In this document: piece by piece, positions 51,192 to 61,049 of the stretch
Layout of the letters: each line of letters begins with the position of its first letter
Position numbering within the stretch: position 1 is the stretch's first letter
Origin: Candidatus Ozemobacteraceae bacterium
GTDB lineage: Bacteria; Muiribacteriota; Ozemobacteria; Ozemobacterales; Ozemobacteraceae
Assembly: GCA_965140445.1 (NCBI GenBank)
Contig: OZ223236.1
Location: 1,504,001-1,568,000, forward strand
Direction: 5' to 3'
DNA: 64,000 nucleotides
The notes under the pieces: generated by a model
The model's input: only the letters and a program-made list of their open reading frames with translations
Told to the model about the DNA's origin: nothing
Database searches by the model: none
Made by a program: the position numbers and the translations under genes

Positions 51192-52751
51192 CTATGGTCC
51201 TCGAACAGCCATTCCCCAGTAAAGCGCTCCAAGATTTTCTTGTACCCCGGATCCGTTGGTTGGCATTTGAACTCTCATATGTTTTAAGGGAATTGGGTTT
51301 ATGAATGCGGTAGAGGTCCAATACCATCCAGTCTGAATGCCGGTAAAAAGATACTGAGAGCCTGGCGATATGGCTTCTACTCCAGAGGTTAGGGTAAGCA
51401 TTTCATTCATGGTGGGCAAGCGCCAGTCATAACTTGATGACCCATCGGTAAGGTCGCTCGGACTCCCATTGCTTATATAAGATATGTTCGCGCTGCAAGA
51501 TGCATAGGTTCCCCAAAAGTTATTGCCCTTATGATACCATACCAGGCCCGTAGTAGTATCAGTTATGGTCCCGTTGCCATTGTGGCACCATCTGCCTCCG
51601 GCACTAAATGTGCCAGTACAGCTAGTTCCACCAGCAAGGGTTCCGGTAATTTCCGAGCCACTGACATAAGCTTTTTTGCCCAAACTAATATTTGCCGCTG
51701 CTGCATTACCAGTAGAAGTATCGACTACATTGCTATTTCCAGCAACGCCGAAAAGGTTAACTCCGGCTCTGATATTGCCGGAAATAAGATCTGCATCACC
51801 AGTAACTTTACCAGTGCCGTTATGATAGCCTTGGGTTATAGTTATGTTGGTGGTTGTGGGGGTTACATTTTGAATACCAATGTTTGGCATATTTCCAGTT
51901 ACTTCTGAACCATCAACCCAGGCTTTTTTGCCGGAAAGAATCTGGCCGGCAACTGCATCGCCAGATGTGGTATCAACCACTTCTGTTTTTCCATTTACAC
52001 CAAATATGGTGACTCCTGCTCTGATGTTTCCAGTAGCTAAGTCTGCGTCAATTGTGGTAAGCGTTGTTGCACTGTAATATCCGGCAGAAACATTAGCGCT
52101 GTTTGCACTTAAGGTTTGGGTTAGTAGATTTCCTGTAATTTCAGCACCGTCGACCCATGTCTTTTTGCCTGACATAATGTTTGAAGCTGTTGCGTCACCA
52201 GAAGTAGTATCAACAACTTCTGTTTTTCCAGTAACTCCAAAAATGGTTGTGCCAGCCTTGATATTTTCAGTGGTCAGGTCAGTATCACCAGCAACCTTAC
52301 CGCTGCCGCTGTGATAGCCCTGAGAGATTGTCTGGTCAGCGGTTGAAGGAGTAATGTTCTGTTGCCCTATGTTGGGCATGGTTCCAACTCTTGGTCCCCA
52401 TTGAGCAGAAGAGAGGCCCCAGAACTTTTTCCCCTGAAGAACATTTGCATCGGTTGCGCCGTTGGTGTCATCTTTAGCAGGCATTTTGCCCATAAGATCA
52501 TTTAAATTATGCATTGATCCGGTGGTTGGACCAGTAACTGGTTCGACAAAACTACCAGATCGTTTGGTGCCAGTGGTTCCATTTAGAAGTCTTTGATATA
52601 AGTCTTCCATTGTGAACATGGCACTACCAGAGTTTTCAGGAGAGGATGAGGGACTCAAATCTCCGGCAAACAAAATGGAGACCCCAAAAAGACTTAGCCC
52701 TATAGTTAAGCTCAAAATAAGACTTTTTGCTTTTGATTTAATGATTTTCAT
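51192..52751 (-). CDS. Secreted fibre-like protein with phage-tail-type repeats and a C-terminal DUF1566 domain
   Basis: Signal peptide; repeated NIxAGVxIFGVxG, VVDTTSGDA, GKKAWVDG, QGYHxGxGKV; NGNGTITDTTTGLVW...DWRLPTMNEM...YWTST. Confidence 0.8.
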   Translation of the reverse strand: MKIIKSKAKSLILSLTIGLSLFGVSILFAGDLSPSSSPENSGSAMFTMEDLYQRLLNGTTGTKRSGSFVEPVTGPTTGSMHNLNDLMGKMPAKDDTNGATDANVLQGKKFWGLSSAQWGPRVGTMPNIGQQNITPSTADQTISQGYHSGSGKVAGDTDLTTENIKAGTTIFGVTGKTEVVDTTSGDATASNIMSGKKTWVDGAEITGNLLTQTLSANSANVSAGYYSATTLTTIDADLATGNIRAGVTIFGVNGKTEVVDTTSGDAVAGQILSGKKAWVDGSEVTGNMPNIGIQNVTPTTTNITITQGYHNGTGKVTGDADLISGNIRAGVNLFGVAGNSNVVDTSTGNAAAANISLGKKAYVSGSEITGTLAGGTSCTGTFSAGGRWCHNGNGTITDTTTGLVWYHKGNNFWGTYASCSANISYISNGSPSDLTDGSSSYDWRLPTMNEMLTLTSGVEAISPGSQYLFTGIQTGWYWTSTAFINPIPLKHMRVQMPTNGSGVQENLGALYWGMAVRGP

Positions 52752-52760
52752 GATCTTTCC

Positions 52761-55565
52761 TTATATTCCGAACTGCACTTTATATGCTGAACCTGAAAGT
52801 TTTATCCAACCAATGTTTTCACCCCAGACATAACCGGATAGCTCACCGGTTTGCTGATTGATTGATGCATTGCCATTTGCCGCGCCAAAATTTATCCAGC
52901 CGGCGTTTTCACTGTAAGCAAATCCCGATAATTTTCCGTCGCTGGAGATATTGACTCCCCAGTTGCTTGATGAGCTATTTGCAAAAGGTGCAGCGGTCGA
53001 TGAATTGGCAAATTTTATCCAACCAAGGTTTTCTCCCCAGGCAAAGCCAGAAAGAAAGCCGTTTGCTCCAAGTTTTGCTGCAACCTTACCTTGATCCGAA
53101 GAGAAATTTATCCAGCCAGCATTTTCGCCATAAGCAAATTTGTTACTGGCATTAACTTCCGCATTTATCGGTGCAAACGATGCACTGACATCAATATTTG
53201 AACTGATGTTAGTATCAGTTCTTGGGTTTTCAGTTTTTCCGTCGCTCCAGCCAGTGAATTTGTATCCAGTAGCAGGTGCGGCGGTAACGGCTGTTCCATT
53301 TGAACCGTAGCCAATTATCTGGGTCGCAGAGCCATTTATGGAGCCATTTTGCCCCGCGGTATATTTAACGGTAAATTTGTTTAAGCTGTATATGGCATAT
53401 ATTGTAATGTCTTCGGAAACTGTTGTTGCGGTGGTAAATTCTGTCCCAGTTCCATCTGGTTTGGTGTTCCAGTTTGTAAATGTATGACCTGTTTTTATTG
53501 GAGTTGTGGGTAAATTTGCAACTGTTTTACCGGCATTAACAATAATTTTGTCTGGATCAGGAGCGGTGGTTCCACCATTTTTATCAAAAGTGACAGTGTG
53601 GGTCACAATCGCTTCAGGAGTCCATTTTGCATAAAGGATCAAATCAGATGATCCAATTTTGAAGGTTCCATCGACGGCATAGGTGATGCCGGTTCCATCA
53701 GATTTTGTGTTCCAGCCAGAAAAAGTGAAGCCAGCTTTAGTAAGATTTCCGGAATTTGATTTGACTGTTACGTCAGCGTTGGCTATGTATTTTTGGTCAT
53801 CGGTGGGAACTTCGCCGGCATCATTTCCATTGCCATTGTATTGAATTGAATAGGTTTCAGAGGCTTGAGGTAGCCACTGAGCATAGAGAGTAATGTCAGT
53901 TTTTTCAATTTTCAGCTTTGAATCTGGTGAGTAAGCTGTTCCAGTGCCATCAGATTTTGTGTTCCAGCCAGAAAAAGTGAAGCCAGCTTTAGTAAGATTT
54001 CCGGAATTTGATTTGACTGTTACGTCGGCGTTGGCTATGTATTTTTGGTCATCGGTGGGAACTTCGCCGGCATCATTTCCATTGCCATTGTATTGAATTG
54101 AATAGGTTTCAGAGGCTTGAGGTAGCCACTGAGCATAGAGAGTAATGTCAGTTTTTTCAATTTTCAGCTTTGAATCTGGTGAGTAAGCTGTTCCAGTGCC
54201 ATCAGATTTTGTGTTCCAGCCAGAAAAAGTGAAGCCAGCTTTAGTAAGATTTCCGGAATTTGATTTGACTGTTACGTCGGCGTTGGCTATGTATTTTTGG
54301 TCATCGGTGGGAACTTCGCCGGCATCATTTCCATTGCCATTGTATTGAATTGAATAGGTTTCAGAGGCTTGAGGTAGCCACTGAGCATAGAGAGTAATGT
54401 CAGTTTTTTCAATTTTCAGCTTTGAATCCGGTGAGTAAGCTGTTCCAGTGCCGTCGGCCTTTGTGTTCCAGTTTGAAAAGGTAAAGCCAGTCTTTGCCAG
54501 GTCTGTTGGATTTCCTTTAACTGTAACCGTTGCCCCTTCGATGTACGCTGCTGAATCTACTGGAACTTCACCGCTGGTGTTGCCATTGCCGGAGTAAGTG
54601 ACGGAATATTTGGGGGTGCCTTTAATGAGAATGGATAATGAGGCTTTAACAGTTTTTCCAGCATTGGTCACGGAGACGGTAATTGTTGCCAGGCCAGCAT
54701 CCTCAGGGGAGGTCCAGGTCCTTTCAATCACAGTTCCGCTGATGTTTGTCGGTTGTCCTAAAGTTCCTTTGGTGGCAGTCCATTCAATTTTTTCAGGGTT
54801 TTCTGGAAAAAGAATCGCTCTAATTTTGCTGTCAGTATTTGGATATACCCCATCGGTGCTTTTTTCATTGGTAACATTTATCAATGAAACCCTTGGCAGC
54901 AGGGCTAGTCTTGCAGGAGTGAAGGGAAGAAAAAATTCTACCTTTTGGGTCTGACCGCCGTTTCCAAATGATATTGGAAGGCGTATCTGGGTTGGTAAAC
55001 CAAAATTAACAATAATTTCATTAATGGCATTTTGTATGTTTTGAAAGTCGGGCAAAGGGGGAGTTTCAAAGCTACCGTCTTCCTTAACTTCAAACTCTTC
55101 GCCCCAGAGATAAAGTTTTGTTCCTGGGCTAAGAGTTGACCCATCTTCATTTTTTAAAGTTCCCTTTACGATATTTTTAGCTTCAGTTACTACAAGGTCA
55201 AGGTTTGTGTTTTCGTTTTGTTTTACTGAAGTATCAACAGACCTTACCTTAAAAATTGTTGAGCCCTGGGAAAACTTTACTACGATCTTAAAAACACCGG
55301 CAGGAACCTTGGAAATAAGAAACTTTCCGTTGGCATCAGTCATGGCAAAAAATTCAGGGTGCTGTTCCAGCCAAACTTTAGCATTGGCAGCAGCCAGTCC
55401 ATTAGACCTAAGCGACGGACTTGTACCCTGAGTAATTGTTCCGCTAATGGTGGCGTTGCCTACAGTTGTAAATTCATCGTCTTCATCTGAGTAGCTATGA
55501 CGGCAGCCGTTAAAAGAAACCAGGCATAACAAAATCAGAGCAATAAAAATTCTATCTATTTTCAA
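52761..55565 (-). CDS. Surface lipoprotein: carboxypeptidase-regulatory-like domain, InlB B-repeats, C-terminal GENxGWI repeats
   Basis: Lipobox FNGC; five YxGNG/FDKNG...GxTFxxWNTKxDGTG...LYAxW-type units plus one divergent unit; four (G/S)ENxGWI repeats. Confidence 0.85.
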   Translation of the reverse strand: MKIDRIFIALILLCLVSFNGCRHSYSDEDDEFTTVGNATISGTITQGTSPSLRSNGLAAANAKVWLEQHPEFFAMTDANGKFLISKVPAGVFKIVVKFSQGSTIFKVRSVDTSVKQNENTNLDLVVTEAKNIVKGTLKNEDGSTLSPGTKLYLWGEEFEVKEDGSFETPPLPDFQNIQNAINEIIVNFGLPTQIRLPISFGNGGQTQKVEFFLPFTPARLALLPRVSLINVTNEKSTDGVYPNTDSKIRAILFPENPEKIEWTATKGTLGQPTNISGTVIERTWTSPEDAGLATITVSVTNAGKTVKASLSILIKGTPKYSVTYSGNGNTSGEVPVDSAAYIEGATVTVKGNPTDLAKTGFTFSNWNTKADGTGTAYSPDSKLKIEKTDITLYAQWLPQASETYSIQYNGNGNDAGEVPTDDQKYIANADVTVKSNSGNLTKAGFTFSGWNTKSDGTGTAYSPDSKLKIEKTDITLYAQWLPQASETYSIQYNGNGNDAGEVPTDDQKYIANADVTVKSNSGNLTKAGFTFSGWNTKSDGTGTAYSPDSKLKIEKTDITLYAQWLPQASETYSIQYNGNGNDAGEVPTDDQKYIANADVTVKSNSGNLTKAGFTFSGWNTKSDGTGITYAVDGTFKIGSSDLILYAKWTPEAIVTHTVTFDKNGGTTAPDPDKIIVNAGKTVANLPTTPIKTGHTFTNWNTKPDGTGTEFTTATTVSEDITIYAIYSLNKFTVKYTAGQNGSINGSATQIIGYGSNGTAVTAAPATGYKFTGWSDGKTENPRTDTNISSNIDVSASFAPINAEVNASNKFAYGENAGWINFSSDQGKVAAKLGANGFLSGFAWGENLGWIKFANSSTAAPFANSSSSNWGVNISSDGKLSGFAYSENAGWINFGAANGNASINQQTGELSGYVWGENIGWIKLSGSAYKVQFGI
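53695..54452. repeat. Three near-identical 252-bp tandem repeats (84 aa each)
   Basis: CCATCAGATTTTGTGTTCCAGCC starts at 53695, 53947 and 54199; only two substitutions noticed (53775, 54429). Confidence 0.95.
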
Positions 55566-55923
55566 AATTTGGGGTGCTCTCTCAATACTATAATTTTATT
55601 TATTCTATCTACCTTTGGTGTTTGTTGGCAAGTTTAGTCACAGCAGTGTTTTGGTGAAAAAAATGAAAATCTTCATATTTTACAGAAACATGCTTCAGCG
55701 ACTCTTGTGCGTAAGCTCATTTTCGGGTGGGGGATAGATTTAAGAGGCGATAAGAATAACTTTTTAGTGGAGGTTCCTATAGCAATCAATCCAGAGTAGA
55801 CAATTTTCTGAGTGATGGGGCAAAAGAGCTTAATTGGCATTAGAAGCGCTTGAAACACCATCCCAAAATTTTATTAAATGTATGCTAAAATCACTCTAAC
55901 AGCATGTAAAGAAGTTAAATAAT

Positions 55924-56652
55924 ATGGATGAACTTAACGATTTCTCGGTAGAAAGTGATTTTTATAGCGATAAGTTTAGGGAAATTAAGGTTGCTCTGAA
56001 ATCGCCTCTTAAAAGAACTTTCTGGTATCTAAGCATTCTGAGTTTTCTTGCAATTGGATTTGCCTGGTTTTTAAATGTTGAAAAGGAATTGACGCCCCAG
56101 ACAATAGGAGTAATGATAGTTTACACTGGATGCCTGGTTTTCTTTACCGGTTTGTATTTCAATACGGACAATTTTTATGTCTTTGACCTTGAAAGTAAGC
56201 AAATTTTTCACCATTTCAAATTCTTCTTTTATAAAAAAGTAAGGTTTTTTGCAAATTTCTCTGATGTGCATGCAGTCACTTTAACAGGAAGAAATCAGGG
56301 TAGCTATTTTGACGCATCCTTTAACTACAGGGTTAAGGCGATTTTGAATTCCGGGGAATGTTTTTATCTAAGCGATGAAACTTATGAAGGGCAAGAAAAG
56401 CAGACCAGGATCGCAAGGAAAATTTCTGCCATAACTGGTGCAGAATTAGTGAAGAGTTTTCCTGGCTGTAATGCTGTTCCCAAAAAGTCAGGGGAAAGAT
56501 TTAGCTTCAGTTTTTATGAGTGTTCATGGCTTGATACTACCAAACAAAACTTTATTGAGGTTGTGGCAGGGATTGCATTTATCGCAATTATTATTGCCGT
56601 TGGAAAAAATGGCTCCACAATAGTTAAAATCTTTAAATCCATTTTTGGTTAA
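55924..56652 (+). CDS. Hypothetical membrane protein (3 TM)
   Basis: Two N-terminal TM segments, a soluble domain and a C-terminal TM. Confidence 0.65.
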   Translation: MDELNDFSVESDFYSDKFREIKVALKSPLKRTFWYLSILSFLAIGFAWFLNVEKELTPQTIGVMIVYTGCLVFFTGLYFNTDNFYVFDLESKQIFHHFKFFFYKKVRFFANFSDVHAVTLTGRNQGSYFDASFNYRVKAILNSGECFYLSDETYEGQEKQTRIARKISAITGAELVKSFPGCNAVPKKSGERFSFSFYECSWLDTTKQNFIEVVAGIAFIAIIIAVGKNGSTIVKIFKSIFG

Positions 56653-56750
56653 CCAGAAAATGTGGTTTTGCCTTGTTGGCGAGTTAAATACCTGGCCGAC
56701 TACCGGGATTTTTTCTATCCTTTAGTTCTCTTCTATAAATAGTCGTGTCG

Positions 56751-56779
56751 TTGACTTTGCATTCTGCTGTTGATAAGCT
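56751..56779 (+). promoter_or_regulatory. Sigma70 promoter of the cyclase gene
   Basis: TTGACT-17-TAAGCT with extended TGn. Confidence 0.5.
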
Positions 56780-56831
56780 GTTATAGAGAGGTTTTTAAGG
56801 CTATGTTTTTGAGTCCGGGGAAGGAAATCTG

Positions 56832-59800
56832 ATGATCGGAAAAAAGGCGTTTTTGACTTGCCCTGACTGTAAGTCTAAATTAGGCAACGATTTTAAGTTT
56901 TGCGCTTATTGTGGAACGGCGTTAAAGTCTTCTGGATCAAACCTTGATAAAAAACTTAAAAATGAGCGCCGCGACGTTTCGGTTCTTTTTGCTGATGTAA
57001 GCGGATTCACCTCAATGTGTGAAACTATGGACCCGGAAGACGTTTTCACTCTCATGAACGATGTTTTTACCGGGCTTGGAAATGCTATCAACGCTCAGGG
57101 TGGCCATATTGATAAATATATAGGTGATAATGTTATGGCGCTTTTCGGTGCGCCAGTTGCTCATGAAAACGACCCTTACCGAGCTTGTAAAGCTGCTCTG
57201 AATATGCAGAGTTTTTTGAGAGATTTTGCCAGAAAACTTCACAAAAAAACTGGCGTATTGCTGAAGATGAGAATCGGAATAAATTGTGGGCTGGTTCTTG
57301 CAGGTTCAATTGGATCAAAAGTTAAACGCGAATACTCTGTTTTAGGTGACAATGTAAATCTTGCTTCCAGACTTGAATCTAATGCTCCTCCAGGTGGGAT
57401 ACTTATTTCAGATAGTATTGCCAGAAGAATTTCCGGATTTGATCTGGCTGAACCAAGGTTAATAAAAGTTAAGGGAAAATCCGAGCCGGTCACGGCCTAC
57501 GAACTGCTTGGTATTCAACAGGGAAAAGCTATAGGGGTTGAGCCCGGCTCTATTTATATTAACCGCAAAATAGAATTAAACGCTCTTGCTAAATTATTGA
57601 AGAAATTTCATGAATTTAAAAAGCCCATCGCTATTTTAGGCGATGCCGGAACCGGAAAAACCAGATTAATTTACGAGTTGCTGAAAAGTCATCAACATAT
57701 TACCGCAGTTTGGGGCAGGGATTTAAAGCAGAATGAGCTTCAGCCTTTTGGTTTTGTCAGCAGATTGCTGCGTGAAAATCTTGGAGAATTAGCCGGAGAT
57801 GAAAATATTGTCCTTGAACCCTTAAAATTGAAAAGTTATCTAATTGGCCTGGACCCAGAGCTTTCGGCGTTTATTCCGGCAATTTTGCATTTACTGTTTC
57901 CTGAAACGTTTTCGCCTCCAGACAGAGACCCGATCTTTTTGAGAAGAACTACCGAAGCTGGCTTGCATGGAATTTTCAATGCTCTTGGAAAGAAACATCA
58001 TCCTATGGTCCTGGTTCTTGATTCTTTTGAAACTGCTGACCAATCATCAATAAAGACTATTAAAAAGATTTTGAACTCTGTAAATCCAGGGAATTTTTTA
58101 ACCATTATCGCATCACGAAAAAATATTGAGGGATTTAACTGGCAGGAAAAGATTGAGATCCAGTCTTTAAATGAAGATGATTCTGAAACTTTAATGAGAA
58201 ACCTGCTAAAAGATGTTCATATACCAGAGAAAAGTCTGACTGGTTTTCTTAACAAAGCTGCTGGTAATCCTCTGTTTATAAAAGAGCTTGCTAGCTGGGC
58301 CATTAGAATTGGCAAAAAAAATAGCAATGAAGATGTTTTGCTTCCACCGTCGTTGCGGGCAATTATTGTGAGCCGTTTAGATCAGTTATCCCATGTAGAG
58401 CAAGAATTTGTAAGGGTTTGTTCTGTACAGGGACAGCAGTTTGATCTTAATGTCTCAGTAAAAGCCGGCAAGTTTAAGATTAAAGATTTAGAGTTAAAGA
58501 TTCTTCCTGATTTAGAAATGGCAGACATAGTTGCCAGAAGCCCATATTCAAATCAGAATGAATGGTTTTTCAAGCAAAATTTGCTTCAGGAAGTTTGTTA
58601 CGAGACTATGCTTCTGAAAGATAGAAGAAGTCTACACCTGTCCACAGCTAAAGCTCTGATCGAAATTTCAAATGAGCACAATGCTGTGCCCCCGGAATTG
58701 CTGGCTTACCATTATGAACGTGCTGAAGAATGGAAAAATTCTGCAATATCTAAACTTCAAGCTGGAGATAAGGCGAAGAGCTTTGGCCTTTATAATGAGT
58801 CTCTATGTTGGTTTCGGGGAGCATTAGAAGATCTGGGCAGGCTAAATAAGAATGTAAAAGGATCTTCTCAGATTTTGTTTCCAATTTATGAGGGGTTGAC
58901 CCAGGTTCTAGTTAGAACGGGAGATACTGAGGAAGCTGTTAAAATTTGCTCATCATTGCAAAAGCAAGCCCGTAAGCCAGATGAGAGGATTGCGGCTTTG
59001 CGGTTAATGGCAGAGTTGGCAAGAATTCAAGGTGATTTTAAAGCTGCCGAATCATTTTTCCAAAAGGGAATTACTCTATTTAAAAAGCATGAAAATTACC
59101 AACGAAATCTTCAGTTATTTAGTGATTATGCTGAGCATTTATTAAAAGCTGGAAGATTTTCTGAAGCACTTGAAGCTGCCAAAATATTTAGAAAGTATAC
59201 GTTTAATGATGCCAGAACCAGTATTCAGGCTGATACGCTCGAAGGAAAAATTGAGTATGCGCAGGGTAACTTTTCAAGTGCCAGAACCTTGTTCTTGCGG
59301 GCTTATAAGGCGTCGAAACAACAACCAGGATTGTCTGAAAAAGCCATAAGTGCAAATCTTCTGGGCAATAATGAAAGGGATCTTGGTAATTACACTAAGG
59401 CTAGAAAATATTTTCTTGATGCTCTAAAAGCATGGGAAAGAGCTGGCGATATAGAAGGAATTGCCGGAGGAAACAATAACCTTGCGAATCTGGCTATGAG
59501 TGTTGGCGATTTCAAGTTGTCAGAAAAGCACCATTCAGAAGCACTTAAACGTTGGAAAAATGCGGGAAATGTCGCCGGTGCGGCTCTTTCTCTAGCGAAT
59601 CTGGCAATTTTGTCATTAGAGCAGGGGCGTGGAATTGATGCCGTCAGTCATGCACGAAACGCCATGCAAAGTATGGGGGCTGGCGGTAATGTTACCCTTA
59701 CTTCATTCGTTAGAGTGATTGAAGGGGAGGGGCTTTTTTTATCGGGAGATGCGGAAGAAGCCGAAAAAAGGTTTTCTCAGGTTTTGAAGGAATTTAGTCC

Positions 59801-60104
59801 GGAACGGGCCAGACTAGCTCATGCGGGCGCGAAGAGAGGACTTGGCAAGATTCAGGCTTTGAAAAATAATTTTATTGAAGCGCTTAGATTTTTTACTGAA
59901 GCTGAAGAAAATTTTGTTCAATTAAAACGATCTCAAGAAGCAACCAGAACTGGGGTTTTGATTGCTGAAACCCTTTTGAAGCAAGGTGAAAAAGTATTGG
60001 CAAGAAGAAAGCTGGTTGAGGCAGAAAAAGCATTTGCCACAATGAAAGCAGCCAAAGACCTGACCAGGGTCAGGTCTTTGCTTAAGAAAATTAATCGAAA
60101 TTAA
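56832..60104 (+). CDS. Zn-ribbon / class III adenylate cyclase / STAND ATPase / TPR protein
   Basis: CPDC..CAYCG; LFADVSGFT, DKYIGD, GDNVNLASRLE; Walker A GDAGTGKT; GNPLF; C-terminal TPRs. Confidence 0.92.
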   Translation: MIGKKAFLTCPDCKSKLGNDFKFCAYCGTALKSSGSNLDKKLKNERRDVSVLFADVSGFTSMCETMDPEDVFTLMNDVFTGLGNAINAQGGHIDKYIGDNVMALFGAPVAHENDPYRACKAALNMQSFLRDFARKLHKKTGVLLKMRIGINCGLVLAGSIGSKVKREYSVLGDNVNLASRLESNAPPGGILISDSIARRISGFDLAEPRLIKVKGKSEPVTAYELLGIQQGKAIGVEPGSIYINRKIELNALAKLLKKFHEFKKPIAILGDAGTGKTRLIYELLKSHQHITAVWGRDLKQNELQPFGFVSRLLRENLGELAGDENIVLEPLKLKSYLIGLDPELSAFIPAILHLLFPETFSPPDRDPIFLRRTTEAGLHGIFNALGKKHHPMVLVLDSFETADQSSIKTIKKILNSVNPGNFLTIIASRKNIEGFNWQEKIEIQSLNEDDSETLMRNLLKDVHIPEKSLTGFLNKAAGNPLFIKELASWAIRIGKKNSNEDVLLPPSLRAIIVSRLDQLSHVEQEFVRVCSVQGQQFDLNVSVKAGKFKIKDLELKILPDLEMADIVARSPYSNQNEWFFKQNLLQEVCYETMLLKDRRSLHLSTAKALIEISNEHNAVPPELLAYHYERAEEWKNSAISKLQAGDKAKSFGLYNESLCWFRGALEDLGRLNKNVKGSSQILFPIYEGLTQVLVRTGDTEEAVKICSSLQKQARKPDERIAALRLMAELARIQGDFKAAESFFQKGITLFKKHENYQRNLQLFSDYAEHLLKAGRFSEALEAAKIFRKYTFNDARTSIQADTLEGKIEYAQGNFSSARTLFLRAYKASKQQPGLSEKAISANLLGNNERDLGNYTKARKYFLDALKAWERAGDIEGIAGGNNNLANLAMSVGDFKLSEKHHSEALKRWKNAGNVAGAALSLANLAILSLEQGRGIDAVSHARNAMQSMGAGGNVTLTSFVRVIEGEGLFLSGDAEEAEKRFSQVLKEFSPERARLAHAGAKRGLGKIQALKNNFIEALRFFTEAEENFVQLKRSQEATRTGVLIAETLLKQGEKVLARRKLVEAEKAFATMKAAKDLTRVRSLLKKINRN

Positions 60105-60885
60105 GTCCTATCCCAAAGAAAAGTCCTGGGTTCTTAGAATAACCTGGTTGTACGAGTCCAAGCGAACAGCCAAATCCACCAGCTTTTTTGTATTGAGCAC
60201 CGAATGCCCATGGGGTTTTGGTGTAGAATCCACCTTTGCTTGATATTTCACTTATAAGCGAAAAGTTTCCTTTTAGCTGAACTTCGATTCCACCATAAAC
60301 AAGAGTTGCTGTGTCTTTTGCCAGACTGCTGTTTAAATTTCCTAACCATTTGCCAGTCCATGATCCATCCTGTTTGAATGTTTTTCCGCCAAGGTGAAGC
60401 CTTATTTCACGATCGATTGCAACCTTGCCAATCTTTCTTGAAAAAGCTAAGTTGCCGCCTCTTTTGGCCACATATTTGGTTCCAGGTCGCCAGAAAACTC
60501 CAACGCTTCCTTCCCATCCTGAAATATCTTCGTCAAGGAATCTATATCTCATTGCCGGACCGCTTGCATCCACGGCTTTATCATCGGTGCGATTATCAAA
60601 ACCAGTGTGACTGAAAGCTAGTTCAAATCTATCACTGAATCCATAACCTACGAGTAAGCCTTTCCAATAGGAATCATCGCCAACCCAATCAATATCTGAT
60701 ATGCAGGCTTGAACAGAAATTTCTCCTTTTGGCAGGGTTCCAGAAGTTGGGTTGATAAACATTCCCGGTAAGCCATTAATGGTTATTACACCTCGGGAAC
60801 CTGGATTCCCCGCTGCAAAAAGCTGCCCTGATGATGCAACAAGAGCACCAATCAAAAATAGATAAAACAAAATTGATTTTTTCAC
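60091..60885 (-). CDS. YjbH-like outer-membrane beta-barrel
   Basis: Signal peptide from probable GTG 60885; GLPGMFINPTSGTL; aromatic-rich final strand FFGIGLNFD. Confidence 0.55.
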   Translation of the reverse strand: MKKSILFYLFLIGALVASSGQLFAAGNPGSRGVITINGLPGMFINPTSGTLPKGEISVQACISDIDWVGDDSYWKGLLVGYGFSDRFELAFSHTGFDNRTDDKAVDASGPAMRYRFLDEDISGWEGSVGVFWRPGTKYVAKRGGNLAFSRKIGKVAIDREIRLHLGGKTFKQDGSWTGKWLGNLNSSLAKDTATLVYGGIEVQLKGNFSLISEISSKGGFYTKTPWAFGAQYKKAGGFGCSLGLVQPGYSKNPGLFFGIGLNFD

Positions 60886-61049
60886 AGTGTTAAGTCTCCC
60901 ATCAAAAACTTTCTTCCGAATTTTCATACTAAGGCGTAAATAATGTCCAAAATGGGACGCCTGTCAAAAAGTATATTTTTCAGAATGTTTATAAGTGGTT
61001 CCGCTTTTTTCTTTTTAGCCTTTTAATAGTGACTTTTAAAAGAAATTTT

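Noticed and set aside
51192..51600. Complete diversity-generating retroelement
   Set aside because: No reverse transcriptase, accessory gene or template repeat in the window
53695..54452. CRISPR array
   Set aside because: In-frame 252-bp coding repeats with no spacers and no cas genes
47210..56800. Integrated prophage or island at tRNA-Gln or tRNA-Leu
   Set aside because: No integrase or phage core genes, and I found no duplicated tRNA 3' end by eye
60944..60959. TGTCCAAAATGGGACG dyad resembling the gap-leader dyad
   Set aside because: Short arms and different spacing; not distinguishable from chance
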